This document shows positions 33,807 to 44,993 of a stretch of 47,355 nt of DNA, in pieces. The stretch is from Corallochytrium limacisporum Hawaii (lineage: Eukaryota > Protista > Pluriformea). The translations under genes and the position numbers were made by a program. The stretch is from contig PDIP01000080.1 in the NCBI GenBank assembly GCA_002811645.1, positions 10,333-57,687 of the forward strand, written 5' to 3'. How positions within the stretch are numbered: the first letter of the stretch is position 1; each line of letters opens with the position of its first letter. Below the pieces are notes generated by a model. It was given only the letters and a program-made list of their open reading frames with translations, was not told the DNA's origin and searched no databases.

Positions 33807-34363
33807 TCAAGGGTGCACGGATTTAGAACGGGAGGTGGCCTTCTTTCTATCGTCCCTTAGCGCCGGTGCTCCCATTCGTGTACGCGCTCTAATTGTGAAC
33901 CACGCAAGAGCGTCAAGGTTACTTGCCAGCTCAGGACCACTGATCGTGTGTGAGTTTTCACGAGCGCGTGGTGCCTGAGGCGGATCGGTACTCAGAACAG
34001 CAGCTCCATCTCGAGTGACTGCTGCGGGGATGGTCTTGGCTGCTTGCAGGTTGACATGACTGCTGCGGGGAGGTTAACATGTACCGTGTTGGCTGATTGA
34101 GGGGTGTTGACACGCTCAGGATCACTAATGACCCGTGAGTCTTCACGAGCGCGAGGTACCTGAGGCAGATCGGTACTCAGAATAGCAGCTCCATCTCGAG
34201 TGACTGCTGCGGGGAGGTTAACATGTACCGTGTTGGCTGATTGAGGGGTGTTGACACGCTCGAGGCCACTGCCAGGAGATAGCTCTGCGTTTCGCAGGGG
34301 CAATGCAGCCGCATTCTGCATGGCAATCGTAAAGGCGACAACAAACACACTAGACGCTTTCAT
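33807..34363 (-). pseudogene. Secreted repeat-containing protein with an apparent frameshift
   Basis: Signal-like MKASSVFVVAFTIAMQNAAA from the ATG at 34363, then internal repeat ERVNTPQSANTVHVNLPAAV-TRDGAA(I/V)LSTD(L/P)PQ(V/A)PRARE. A 41-nt insertion in copy 2 shifts the frame (stop at 33992); without it the frame runs to the TGA at 33807-33809. Confidence 0.55.
33958..34261. repeat. Imperfect tandem duplication inside the repeat-protein gene
   Basis: 33958-34030 closely matches 34143-34215, 34057-34117 matches 34201-34261, and tgactgctgcgggga occurs three times (34016, 34057, 34201). Confidence 0.9.
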
Positions 34364-34440
34364 GTTGAACTTTGGTATTGAATTAGAATTTGAACTCATG
34401 CCGACAAGACCATGATCACCAAGATCAGGGAAGCGTCCAG

Positions 34441-34450
34441 CTTAAATACC
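34441..34450 (-). promoter_or_regulatory. TATA-like element GGTATTTAAG
   Basis: Identical to 21144-21153 and 78 nt upstream of the ATG at 34363. Confidence 0.4.
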
Positions 34451-36783
34451 TAGACCTCCTAGAGTTATCTTGTCTGGTGGTGACAAGCATTCAGTAATCA
34501 GTTCTGCACAGGATCATCAGCTGGATCCAAAATGAGGACAAGGGCCTGCCCAGGTTTCCCTTCCCCCTTTTGCCGCCTTCGCCGACGATTGATCGATGCG
34601 TGCCAGCTTGTCCCTCTATCTGCTCCCGACTGTATGTGTCCAGGTGTGTTGTGTGACACAGAGGTCACGCAATAATCATCGCTCTTCTCATCTTGACTAT
34701 GCACCCAAGGGAATATGTAGTACACACAGAATACCTATTGCTCACATGTGCAAAAGAGGAGACGCGTTGAGCGCCCTCTCATTCACTGGTAGACATGGCT
34801 TGAAGCAGATAGTCTTCAGCTCGCAAGCCCAATGAATAGATGGCTCCGGTGATGATTCAGTACTGAAGCGCTTCCCGGTCGCGGAGGCTTCGTATGCCGA
34901 AAGCAACTGACCAAGCTTCTCGTCCAAAATGGTTGACAGGTCACAACTCCTAATTGTCCACTCGTAGCATGCTGCTCTGGAGTTAGAGATCTTCCGAAGG
35001 GTAGTAGCCACAATGGCACCTCCATGGTCTTCTGTCAAGGTTTGATCAGTGCAAAGCAATAGAATGAATATTCGTCTACCATAAGCCCAAAACGAGTAAG
35101 TGATGGAAGCTTGGGTTGACAAGGGATTGACTAGACATCCCTAAGGGATAAGAACGCATCCACGAGTACGTGTCCGTCAGCAACCTTCGTGAAGTTCGCA
35201 ATCGCGCATCTCTTGCATTTCCAGGGTTTGCAATAAAAAACATGGTGAAGCACTCAAGGTTAGCAGTTTGCTATTCCTCAATTGCGCATTCTTCCTTTAA
35301 GACCACATCTCGGCAGTCATGTGCAGTGAGCAAATCACAGTGCTGCTTCGGCGGCGTCCATCGAGTTCGTTCAGTACTGGTCGCAAGGGGTTTAGAGCCC
35401 CAGCCTAAGGATTAGGTCCGTCACAGCGTATTAATTGTACCGATATGACACGCACACACACACACCATTATCTGTCGCAGAGCCTTCAGTACTCAAACAA
35501 TGCACTCCATATGTTTCTCTCCTTTCCCCCCCCCCCCGGGGGGCGGGGGGAGGTTGTCCTGGTGGGAGATATGTGTGGGTCTTTTCCAAACGGATGGACA
35601 CCCAGAGCCAAAACCGACCAACCAAGAAACACCCAGCGGGCAAAATGGCAGGTGAGGCAAAACGTGTTTCAGTGTGGACTGCTACGTGTCCACAAATCGA
35701 TGCTCCCATGGCTCGTGCCCAGGGAGAAAGACCTGCGCATGCTGAATGCTCCATCATGCTACAGACCGGCTATAGATGAAGGTCTCCAAACAAGATGCTC
35801 ATCTGGGCTTCGTAAACGTGCTCCATATTTCAGGGGTCTGTTTTTGGAACCCTGTCCTGTGCAAAGATTCTTGTCGGTCTGTTAGAATTCGCGTGTGACC
35901 AAGAAGGAATGAACGTGTTTTGGAGGGTTATTGATGTACTATCGTATCACTTCATGAACCCTCCGACAAACAAAACCATAGGTAGTATGATGCACAACTT
36001 TTGATGTGATTTTGGAAATGTTTTGGTGATAGTGGCTTGGCAATGAAATTGATTGCAAAGGTAGGGACACCTAGGCCAGTGCATGCGACCCCGATGGCCC
36101 CATGACACACTGTCCCGAAGGACACGGGGGAGGGGAGGGAGGCGGGGGTTGGTAAAGAGATTCTCAATTTTACGTACTCCACCCCCAACAGCCCCCACCC
36201 CCACGATTACTTTTAGACCGGCAGAGGGCGTACCACACCGGGCTCACGGGACATCCGGGAACCTGGGTGACAGTGTGCACCAAATCAGTGCTGCCCTGCG
36301 GCCATCGCTATCATCGGGAACCACTCCGTTCTGCCCACCGGCCATGATGTCCATTGTCTGGAAACTATTCGCTGATTATCTCAAAACAGCGGTGTGTAGT
36401 TCAGGGTGGTTGCAGTCATTCGAGGATTGGTAGACTGTCGCGATATGCCAGTTTAAAACTGATGAATAGTCGTCCAATGATCACCGAGCTCCTGAATTGA
36501 CCAGCCCTCTAGATCCCTCGACAATCAGGACAGTCCGTAAGGGGTCATTGTAAACTTGGCGCGTCCAAAATGTGTGATATTTGCTCCAGGACCAAACACA
36601 TCTGACAGCTGTCGCTGTGGCGGATGCATATCAGTACAATCAAACAATGAAACTACAGCACTACCAAATGGTTTATTGCGAAGACATACAACATGGTATC
36701 GGGCAGGGAACTTTCCACATGTCACAAATATTCATTGACCTTGTCCCGTGCATTGCCGGGTTTGAAAGTGTTCCACGAGTTGC

Positions 36784-37869
36784 TCAGAGGTTGACAACCT
36801 TTTCTTTCCGACACTGCTCCTTCATAATCTTGTACTCAATGTGGTCACGGAACTTGATCGGGTCGTACTTTGGTTGCTCTCCGTCCTTCACAAACCGAGG
36901 GCATACAGAGCCTGTGACTTCAAACCAGGGGTTGAAGAAGAACGGCATGCTAACACGTTCAAGACCCAGCGGATTGTGGACGCGGTGAAGAGTGCTGCGA
37001 TAGTAGTCATTCGACATCCGCTTCACAAAGTCGCCTTGATTAATAATCAACTGATTTTTTGTAGGCTTCGGTTCAATCCACCTTCCATCAGCGGTGCGTA
37101 CCTGCAGGCCCTGGTTGCCGTCAGTGGCGAGAAGGGTGAGCCAACCGTGGTCAGTATGTGCACCGAATCCAAAGCTGCGGTCTGCGGCATTGCTCTTCAT
37201 GTCGGAGGGGTAGAAGTTTAAGCGGAGGAAGTCGTTCTTCACAAACTTGCCATTGCCAAAGAGTTCGCGATTAAAGAATTCTTCGTCGTCACTATAGCCC
37301 ATGGCCATGGCCATAAGACGATTGAGCTTGAAGCCCACCTCGCGCATCTGTTCAATCCATGCCAGGGCCAGGTCGCGCATCTCCGGTACTTCCTCGGTAG
37401 GCCAAAGGTTTTGGTCGTCCTGGTGCAGCCAGCACGGTGGCATGAAGCCTTCGGAAATGTTCGGACGCTTTGGGTCGAAGGTCGTACTTTTCTTCATGCC
37501 AATATATCCCCGGAACACTTCTGGAGGACAAACGTAGCGCTCCTTTGCCTCGGTCGGCAAGTGGAAGAACTTGCGGGTCGCCGCAACCAGCCGTTCGTGC
37601 AGGTCCATATCAGCGCCGTGGTTATCCACAGTGAAAAAGCCAATGTCCCGCAGAACAATCTCAAGCTCCTTGGCAGCTTGACGCTTGTTCTCTTCTGTGG
37701 CAAAGGCCCAGGCTAGATCCATATTCGGAACATCGTCTTCAAGCCCGATCTTTGAGAATGCAGAGGTCTTGGCACCGTCGGTCCGCAATGTGTCAACCTC
37801 CTTCAGGCCCTCCAAGGACACACGTTGGCCATCAGAGATTGTAGGGGTGAATTTATCTTCTGCAACCAT
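36784..37869 (-). CDS. 2-oxoglutarate/Fe(II)-dependent dioxygenase (IPNS/DIOX_N-type)
   Basis: First ATG at 37869, with an in-frame stop upstream. GFFTVDNHG, FFHLPTEAK, RGY, NLWP, LRLNFYP, HTD (HxD), STLHRV (distal His) and RVS (RxS 2OG-binding). Confidence 0.93.
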   Translation of the reverse strand: MVAEDKFTPTISDGQRVSLEGLKEVDTLRTDGAKTSAFSKIGLEDDVPNMDLAWAFATEENKRQAAKELEIVLRDIGFFTVDNHGADMDLHERLVAATRKFFHLPTEAKERYVCPPEVFRGYIGMKKSTTFDPKRPNISEGFMPPCWLHQDDQNLWPTEEVPEMRDLALAWIEQMREVGFKLNRLMAMAMGYSDDEEFFNRELFGNGKFVKNDFLRLNFYPSDMKSNAADRSFGFGAHTDHGWLTLLATDGNQGLQVRTADGRWIEPKPTKNQLIINQGDFVKRMSNDYYRSTLHRVHNPLGLERVSMPFFFNPWFEVTGSVCPRFVKDGEQPKYDPIKFRDHIEYKIMKEQCRKEKVVNL

Positions 37870-40301
37870 TTCGTACAAGAATTTCTTTAAAGCCTTCAGG
37901 TTTCTTTAAGCCCGTTCTGAACCGTGACAGTTCATAAACATGTTCTGCATTAGGATCCGATCCATAGAACTCTGTGGGTCGAAACGTGTTCTTTAGTACC
38001 TCTGTTCTGTTCGGCATGACCCGTTGGCAATTTAAGCTTCTTAGAGACATATACGAGGCGCGTTTCGCACTGTGCTGATCACTCCGTGCACCTGCGAGGC
38101 CACACCAAGAACGAAGCCGCCCAAATTTCGAACTTCTTCTTCGCAACCGTGCTCCTCCCATCCGTGCCATCCTCCTTTGCCATCTGCTCGAAGCAATCTA
38201 CCAAACCGGCAGCCATGGCTGTGGTCACGAGATTGGCTAATGAGTCAAGGCAACAAGGTATTTGAGGCCCGTCACGTTGTCAGCAGACAGTACACCCCGG
38301 TCCGAACAGAAGTCGGCCGTTCCAGTACTCAAACAACGCCTTTTGCACACCGAACGGTACGTCTAGAACCTTAAATCCTTCTCGCGGGATTGCCTACGTG
38401 GCCTGTCTTCCAAATTTTGATGACTTGCCACAGCCAATCCCGTAGCTATCCTCACGGCAATCCATACATTTTCTATAGCGAGCTCGAGTACCCTGTAACG
38501 AGGGAGGTGCATTTCTGCAGAATTACCGGCGGAGCGGACTAGCGTAAATGAAACGGAAGAAAGAGCTATGAATCCGGATAATTTATTTCCTTCTTCTCCT
38601 CCTGTCCAGGAAGAAATTCGTAGGGTACTGAATGTACCGAGATCTGGGAGTCCAAGGCGAACCTCCCCTTCCTCCCTAATTCCCGCATCTGCAAGTTATT
38701 TTCCCCTTGACGGCCTTTTTCTTCTTGGCTGCGAATCCCCGGTGCCCATAGAAAATGTGCCGCGGAAGCCGAAGCACTCCCCCTTAAACTTTGACCCAAA
38801 AAAAAAATATATCCGAGAGGTGTCCGTTTTTCTTTGGCTTTAAGTCCGGGGCCTGAACAGTGAGAAATGTTTCTGAGTGGCAGCCTTTGGGCAGCAGCCC
38901 TCTCTCCCCCGAGGGGAGGCCCCGTGGGCGCTAGGTAGGGGGATTTATGAGCCCTGCTGCCGGTGTAGCTGGTATGTCGGCGGGGCAGGCCTCATCCTCG
39001 TGTGACTCATGTGAAGTAGGTGCATGGCACGGGCAGAGGAGACTTCAATCGTGTAAGCAACGCCGCGCAGTAGAACTCTGAGTTGTTGTGCTCCGCTGTG
39101 CCCGTTTGGCGTGGTTGGTGCATCCAGGGATAATGATTCCATGTCCTGGTCGACTCGGGAATGCTGCGCCAAAGGGTGTCACTATGTGCAGACGTCCCCA
39201 GCATGGTCTTTGGATTCCGAAGATATGATAAAGGCAGTACAATGCTACGAATCTTGCAAACTAAGCAAGTGCTCATGCTCCATGGTGACACCATCTTGAA
39301 GGTTGAGGGGCACTCCTATGATGAAAGACATTTTGGCGGCCAGGTCCCTGATTTTCCTTCCTTTTTCGGCGCGCAGTCCCTAAGACGATAATAAACAAAG
39401 GGCGTCACTTCATCCCGGGGCTGACACACCCAGGCAGTGTCGGGTGGAAGATGCGAGACAGCTTTACCGAATAAACCAAGCGCGCCCATCGAGACACCAG
39501 GTGCCAATTGGGAATACCACCTTCGGGACCCAAGGGATAAGGTAAGAATTCACCCTGGTGCCGAACTCCATTTCGAACTACTCGCAGTATCGACAGTGGA
39601 AGAAATCGAAATCTCATGGTGTGTGTGCATTGAACCAATGGGTGCCTTCCTTTCACCAAACAGCGGTATAATAGTTATAGTAGAAAAGTCAGACACCTCC
39701 ATCGTGTAGTTTTATACTGGGACAACTGCAGATCGTGGTCTGACCAGGAAGTTCTGGGTGGTGTGGTGTACGTCGTGTTGCAAAGACCAGCAAATGCTGT
39801 TCAGATCTTATGTAGAGATTGCCACGGAATATGTCTGGAGATAAGGCACAAATGTACATACCAGCCATCGATTACAGCTTCACACCGTGGGCCATTCACC
39901 ACCGTTCTTGGATCCCTGCGCATCAGCGCGCCACAGATAGAGGTACCACCTGTCAGCAAACGGCCCTCCCTTTTGCTCAGGTCTGGGCGGCCCACGTTAG
40001 GAGGTGTGTACATAAACCCGATGACGGTGGTAGTTAACCCCCAAAAGATCTCACTGATTCTCTACCAGAACCCTGGTGATTCCTCGATTTTCCTTTTTTT
40101 TTCCCCCCTTCTTTTCGGGCCCTTTCGACGGAAAAAGACTTGGGAACCCTTGCGACGCCCACGCCCCAGTAGAAAAACGTGCAAGCAAAGCAGAAAATTC
40201 GGTACATTAAATACTGAGAATCCCTGCAAGGCCAAGAACGATATCATCGGCCCCCCCCCGGGGGGGGGGGGGGGGAACCCGCAAGGGGGAAAGAATTTTC
40301 T

Positions 40302-40321
40302 NNNNNNNNNNNNNNNNNNNN
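40302..40321. other. Assembly gap with duplicated flanks
   Basis: 20 N. About 50 nt before the gap (cccc-gggg-aacccgcaagggggaaagaattttct) are repeated after it. Confidence 0.97.
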
Positions 40322-41340
40322 CCCCCCCGGGGGGGGGGGGGGGAGAACCCGCAAGGGGGAAAGAATTTTCTTATTTCTCGCTGACTTATTTCAATGGGTT
40401 ATGGGCAAGAAGGGCACCAAAAGGGATCTCGATCACGAACCAAGCTGCAGGCCGAAGGGGTGGCACACCTGCTGCTGAGGCCCTAAGGCGCGCACGACCA
40501 CGATACTTTCCCCCTAAGCAGAAACAACCACAGGCGATGGTGAGAGATGATTACGGTGCCTGGGGCTCATTGTGTGGATGCACTGGCTCGACCAAGGCGC
40601 AGCAGGAGTGCATTGCCATGGCCAAAACCGTACCACAGCTACTAGGTACTCTTACCTGCCATCTTGTTTCGTCCTGCTACGACCATGTTGATATTCATAA
40701 CCAGACTTGTTATGTTTGCTTCGTCGGAAACACACCACGGAGGGTACGTATCAGATCCGTGTATTCTGCGCTGGTCAACACAGTGGGGACAGGTTGGTAT
40801 CCACGCACTGTCCTGGTGCGCGCCCTGATTTCGTACGGTTGGGTCCCTTCGGTACTGGGTGTGCCGTAGCATTTCATCATAACTGGCCGCTGGCGGGCCC
40901 CGATTTTATTAACGGTCCTTACACCGTTTTGTGCAGCCAGTGCGCGGTGAAAAATGTTCCGGGAGTGGGAGAAGGGGAGGAGGGGAGAGAGCGAGAAGTG
41001 AAGCGCGCGGACTGGAGAGCGAAAAAGGGCGGAAGGTGGAGGGAGGAGGGCTTGGGGCTTGAGGGAACTGAGCGCCCATCGGGACGCTGTAGGGTTGGTG
41101 GTACAAGAGGAGGGTTGACAACGGCAGGAGAATGATCGCCAGGGAGCATCCTTGTGTGAACCAGCAAAGTCAGAGTTAAAGAATCATAAGCCTGTATTTT
41201 TATATTATTTTCTCTCGGAGATTCTAGAGAACACATTGAACGCAATAATACGCACAGAGTGGAGAGAGTGGAGTCCAGAGCGCTAGGTCATCAGAGACTC
41301 ACTCAGACACACAAAGGCTCACGCAAAAGGAAAAAGAGAA

Positions 41341-42723
41341 ATGAGTAGGACGATTGCCTACGTTGCAATAGCGGCCCTCGGTTTGGGCCTTTTCGCAGTC
41401 CGTGCACTGGGATCTAGCAAGAAATGGACCGCTGAGCCACACCGTAAACACCTCAAGGTCAGTGCGTGTGATGAAAAATTCGCAAAGGTTCTCGACCTGT
41501 TCCGCAGGCGCATCGAGAGCGGTGAGGACCTTGGCGGCTCCGTGTGCGTTTGGGTCGACGGTAAGTGCGTTCTGGACGCTGTGGGCGGGTCTACCTCGAA
41601 AGGGACTCCCGTAATGGAGGACACCATTGGAGCCGTGTTTAGCGCCAGTAAGGTACATGCTTCGCTGGTTATCGCCATGCTGGTCGACCGCGGCCTGTTA
41701 GACTACGATCGGCCCATCTGCCACTACTGGCCTGAGTTTGCGAAGAACGGTAAAGAAAAGATTACCGTTGGCGACTTAATGTCACATAGGGCCGGCCTGG
41801 CGGTCACTGATGAGCCCTTCCGGGACCCGACTCTGCTCTACAAACACCGCCGTGCGGAATTGCGCAAGTTTTTAGAGCGTCAGAAACCGTGTAGTTACGG
41901 TGAGACCTTCTACCACCCCTTTATGCGCGGTATCTACGCCTCCCAGCTTGTCGAAATGGTCGATCCCAAGGGACGAACCCTTGGCGAGTTCTATAGGGAT
42001 GAAGTGGCACGCGTTCTTGGTGCTGATTTCCACATTGGCACCTTGCCGCAGTCCGAGGAAAGCCGCATCGCGACCATCTGCATGCCCCCAGCCTGGTACG
42101 AAAAATTTGTTATCACACCACAGGTCATGGTGCCTCTGGTATGGTCAAGTACACTTCGCCGATTGTTCAACCCAAAAGAATGGTTGCGCAAGATGGATAT
42201 CGATACAATGTTTGGTTTTGGAACTGAGGGCAGTCCTGGCTGGCGGACCACTGCCGGAGTCATGCCTTCCGCAGAAGATGGCAAGAGTATGGACTTGGTC
42301 CGATCACAAGCGCCCATCTATACGCGTGGAGAGTGGCCCTGCAGCCACGGCCTCGGTAACGCACGCGCGATGGCCACCGTTGGTGCAGCTCTGGCGCATG
42401 ATGGTGCGCTGAATGGTAAGCGTCTGCTGTCTGAAGAGTTTATGCGGACACAAGCGTACCGCTCGGACGACGGTGAGGCCTGGGATGGGAATCTTCACCG
42501 TAAAGTTGACTTCACACAACCCGGTTGGGCTCACTTTGAGTCTTACATGAATGGGGGAATCGAGGGCTACGGATGGATGGGATACGGAGGCTGCTATGTC
42601 ATCTGGCATCCAAAGTACAAAATGTCATTCTCCTATGTGCCCATGAGCACCAACGCACGTGCCATTTACGGCTACCGTGGTAGTGACCTACTCAAGATGA
42701 CCTATGAGATTCTTCGGTCTTAA
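41341..42723 (+). CDS. Beta-lactamase-fold serine hydrolase (class C/EstB-like esterase family), copy 1
   Basis: 460 aa. N-terminal hydrophobic anchor, SxxK motif FSASK (Ser codon 41641), YWPEF..NGKEKITVGDLMSHRAGL, FYH (Y-x-x motif) and GWMGYGG. Confidence 0.92.
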   Translation: MSRTIAYVAIAALGLGLFAVRALGSSKKWTAEPHRKHLKVSACDEKFAKVLDLFRRRIESGEDLGGSVCVWVDGKCVLDAVGGSTSKGTPVMEDTIGAVFSASKVHASLVIAMLVDRGLLDYDRPICHYWPEFAKNGKEKITVGDLMSHRAGLAVTDEPFRDPTLLYKHRRAELRKFLERQKPCSYGETFYHPFMRGIYASQLVEMVDPKGRTLGEFYRDEVARVLGADFHIGTLPQSEESRIATICMPPAWYEKFVITPQVMVPLVWSSTLRRLFNPKEWLRKMDIDTMFGFGTEGSPGWRTTAGVMPSAEDGKSMDLVRSQAPIYTRGEWPCSHGLGNARAMATVGAALAHDGALNGKRLLSEEFMRTQAYRSDDGEAWDGNLHRKVDFTQPGWAHFESYMNGGIEGYGWMGYGGCYVIWHPKYKMSFSYVPMSTNARAIYGYRGSDLLKMTYEILRS

Positions 42724-43831
42724 AGAAATGTGCAACCATCACTGTTCGCGATCCAGTGTGCGATTCACACACACAAACACACACATTCCCTAGCATTCGG
42801 ATTAAAAATTTAGACACCCATGGAGTACAGTGATGAAGACTTGATTGGCAAGCAAAGGTTCCTCTCTCGCGTCCAAGAAAATGATGAGGGTCCAACTTGT
42901 TGTCCAGATCCCCAAGAAGGGGCCGTGCCAAATCTCCCACCCTCCCCCCACCCCCGCAGGGTAGGGGGGGCGCCCCAACCTTCCCGACGGCTACAAGACT
43001 GGACCCCTCCTCAACAAAATTTGCCCCTCCCCCTTTTTAACTTACTTTGGCTTTGGTTCTTATTATTGGGTTGTGTCTTTTTTTTTGCCCATATTTTTAG
43101 GCCCCGTATTTTTTTCTTCTCTTTGCTTTAGCGGGAAAAACTATTTTTCTCCCGTTTGCCCTTTTTTTCCTTTCGCCCAGGTTTCTGCAAGGGGGGCCCG
43201 GTCGAGGGGTTTCTGCGCCCCCCCCCCTCCTCCCCCTGCCTCTGGCCCACCACCCCCCCTTCTTTTCTTTTTGCACTCCCCTCCTCCCTTCCCTTTGGCT
43301 GCTTTGCGGTCCGGAGAGTCCAGTACATTTTCTGTGGGAGATGCGAGGCTGTACTGACGTAAGCCGGTGACTGCTGCCGTGATGGGACCTGTCAGGTGAA
43401 AGGGGCTTTTAAGAGGAAAAGGTTTTGTTGAGACTGCGGCCGTCTAAATCATCATCATCAACGCGACGCGGGCAAGCGCTACCCTAGAAAAGCCCCCAGG
43501 GCAAGTAAGAACCCCTGCCCGGGAAGCACTGTCTCTGCAATTAACGTGTGCGCAGTTGTGTGGATCCCTGTCCCCATCGTCTACATACAGCGTTGCCTAG
43601 ACATGGCCGTTGGGGGCAAGGAATGGTACCCATCTCATGTACCACACCTTCCTGTTGACCGCTGCGCTGATAGTTTTACCCTGCTTGCAATAATTTTGCA
43701 CCCTTTGTGTGTGTCATCTGAGGGGTTGTACCTATTTTGTTCGCATTTCCTCCGAGAGGCGCGCACTGGCCCTGCACAGCATGCGAGTGGACAGACCGTG
43801 TCCCGTTGAGAGCCACCAGGGGCACAACAAC

Positions 43832-43856
43832 GCACACACACACACACACACACACG
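43832..43856. repeat. Short (CA)n microsatellite
   Basis: gcacacacacacacacacacacac run. Confidence 0.85.
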
Positions 43857-44101
43857 CAGACCCTCGGGCAGGAAAACCCAAAGAGCAATCGACAACGGGG
43901 GCAAAAAATCGCTTGCGTTTTTCCCGCAAGAAACGCTACTGATCATCGCGAGCAGGAGTTGGTATCAACGCTTCTGGGTCCGTTTTGCCGAGTGGTGGTG
44001 GTCTTTGCGGGGTGGGGAGCCGGAGGGAGGAGGAGGAAGGGAGGGACGGCGAGGGTGGGGGGGGGGGGGGGGGGAGGGACATTGGTTCGGCATAGGTGGT
44101 G

Positions 44102-44338
44102 NNNNNNNNNNNNNNNNNNNNNNNNNNNNNNNNNNNNNNNNNNNNNNNNNNNNNNNNNNNNNNNNNNNNNNNNNNNNNNNNNNNNNNNNNNNNNNNNNNN
44201 NNNNNNNNNNNNNNNNNNNNNNNNNNNNNNNNNNNNNNNNNNNNNNNNNNNNNNNNNNNNNNNNNNNNNNNNNNNNNNNNNNNNNNNNNNNNNNNNNNNN
44301 NNNNNNNNNNNNNNNNNNNNNNNNNNNNNNNNNNNNNN
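44102..44338. other. Assembly gap with duplicated flanks
   Basis: N run with gagggacattggttcggcataggtggtg present on both sides. Confidence 0.97.
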
Positions 44339-44993
44339 GGGGTGGGGGGTGAGGGACATTGGTTCGGCATAGGTGGTGGTGTCTGGGTCTTGTCTCGGTA
44401 CCGTAGACACACGCTTTCAAGCCCTTGGAAAGGGGGGGGGAGCAGATGGGGGAGGTTTGAGGTGATGTGTGGTCTGTGTGTATGTTTTGGTCCGTAATTT
44501 TTCTGTGTTAGTGCGGAGACAATGGTTCCAGGCTAACCGGAAAGACCCAGAGCACGCACGCACTCCCTAAAGGAAAGGAAGGGGGAGGGGGAAGGGGTGC
44601 ACAGTGTAACGATGGGATTGCGCACCACCAAGTCGAGGACCTCCGCGATTGATACCGGTGTCCCCAGGGGTTTGTGCTGATAAGGTATTATGTTTTGTGT
44701 GTTTTTGTGGGTTGCGGTGGTTTGTTTTTGAAAAGTGTAATAGGTTGTGAAGACTGTGTGTAAGGTGACCGTATGGTACAAGATTTTATGGTGCAATGGA
44801 TCCAGGAGTCCCACAATTGCGCAGATTAAAGGCGTATTACTTCAATCCTTCAAACCAACCCTGGTGGGCTTCTGAATCATACATAAACACACCACAGGAA
44901 GAGACACACATACAGACAGCAGACAGACAGGAACAAAGACATGTAAGGTGATCAAGATATAGCAAAGCCCAACAAACCCTCCAGAGAAAGACG

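Noticed and set aside
36525-36725. DVFGPGANIT resembling a subtilase motif
   Set aside because: Isolated short match with no catalytic triad motifs and no sustained ORF.
38950-39709. Fragments (AGVAGMSAGQA, similar to the 18979 signal peptide; short ORFs at 39161 and 39437) as a possible decayed gene
   Set aside because: Similarity is limited to a few residues and the downstream frames do not align.
40250-40371. Direct repeats flanking gaps (also about 44074-44101 and 44351-44378) as possible mobile-element ends or target-site duplications
   Set aside because: Best explained as unmerged overlapping contig ends.
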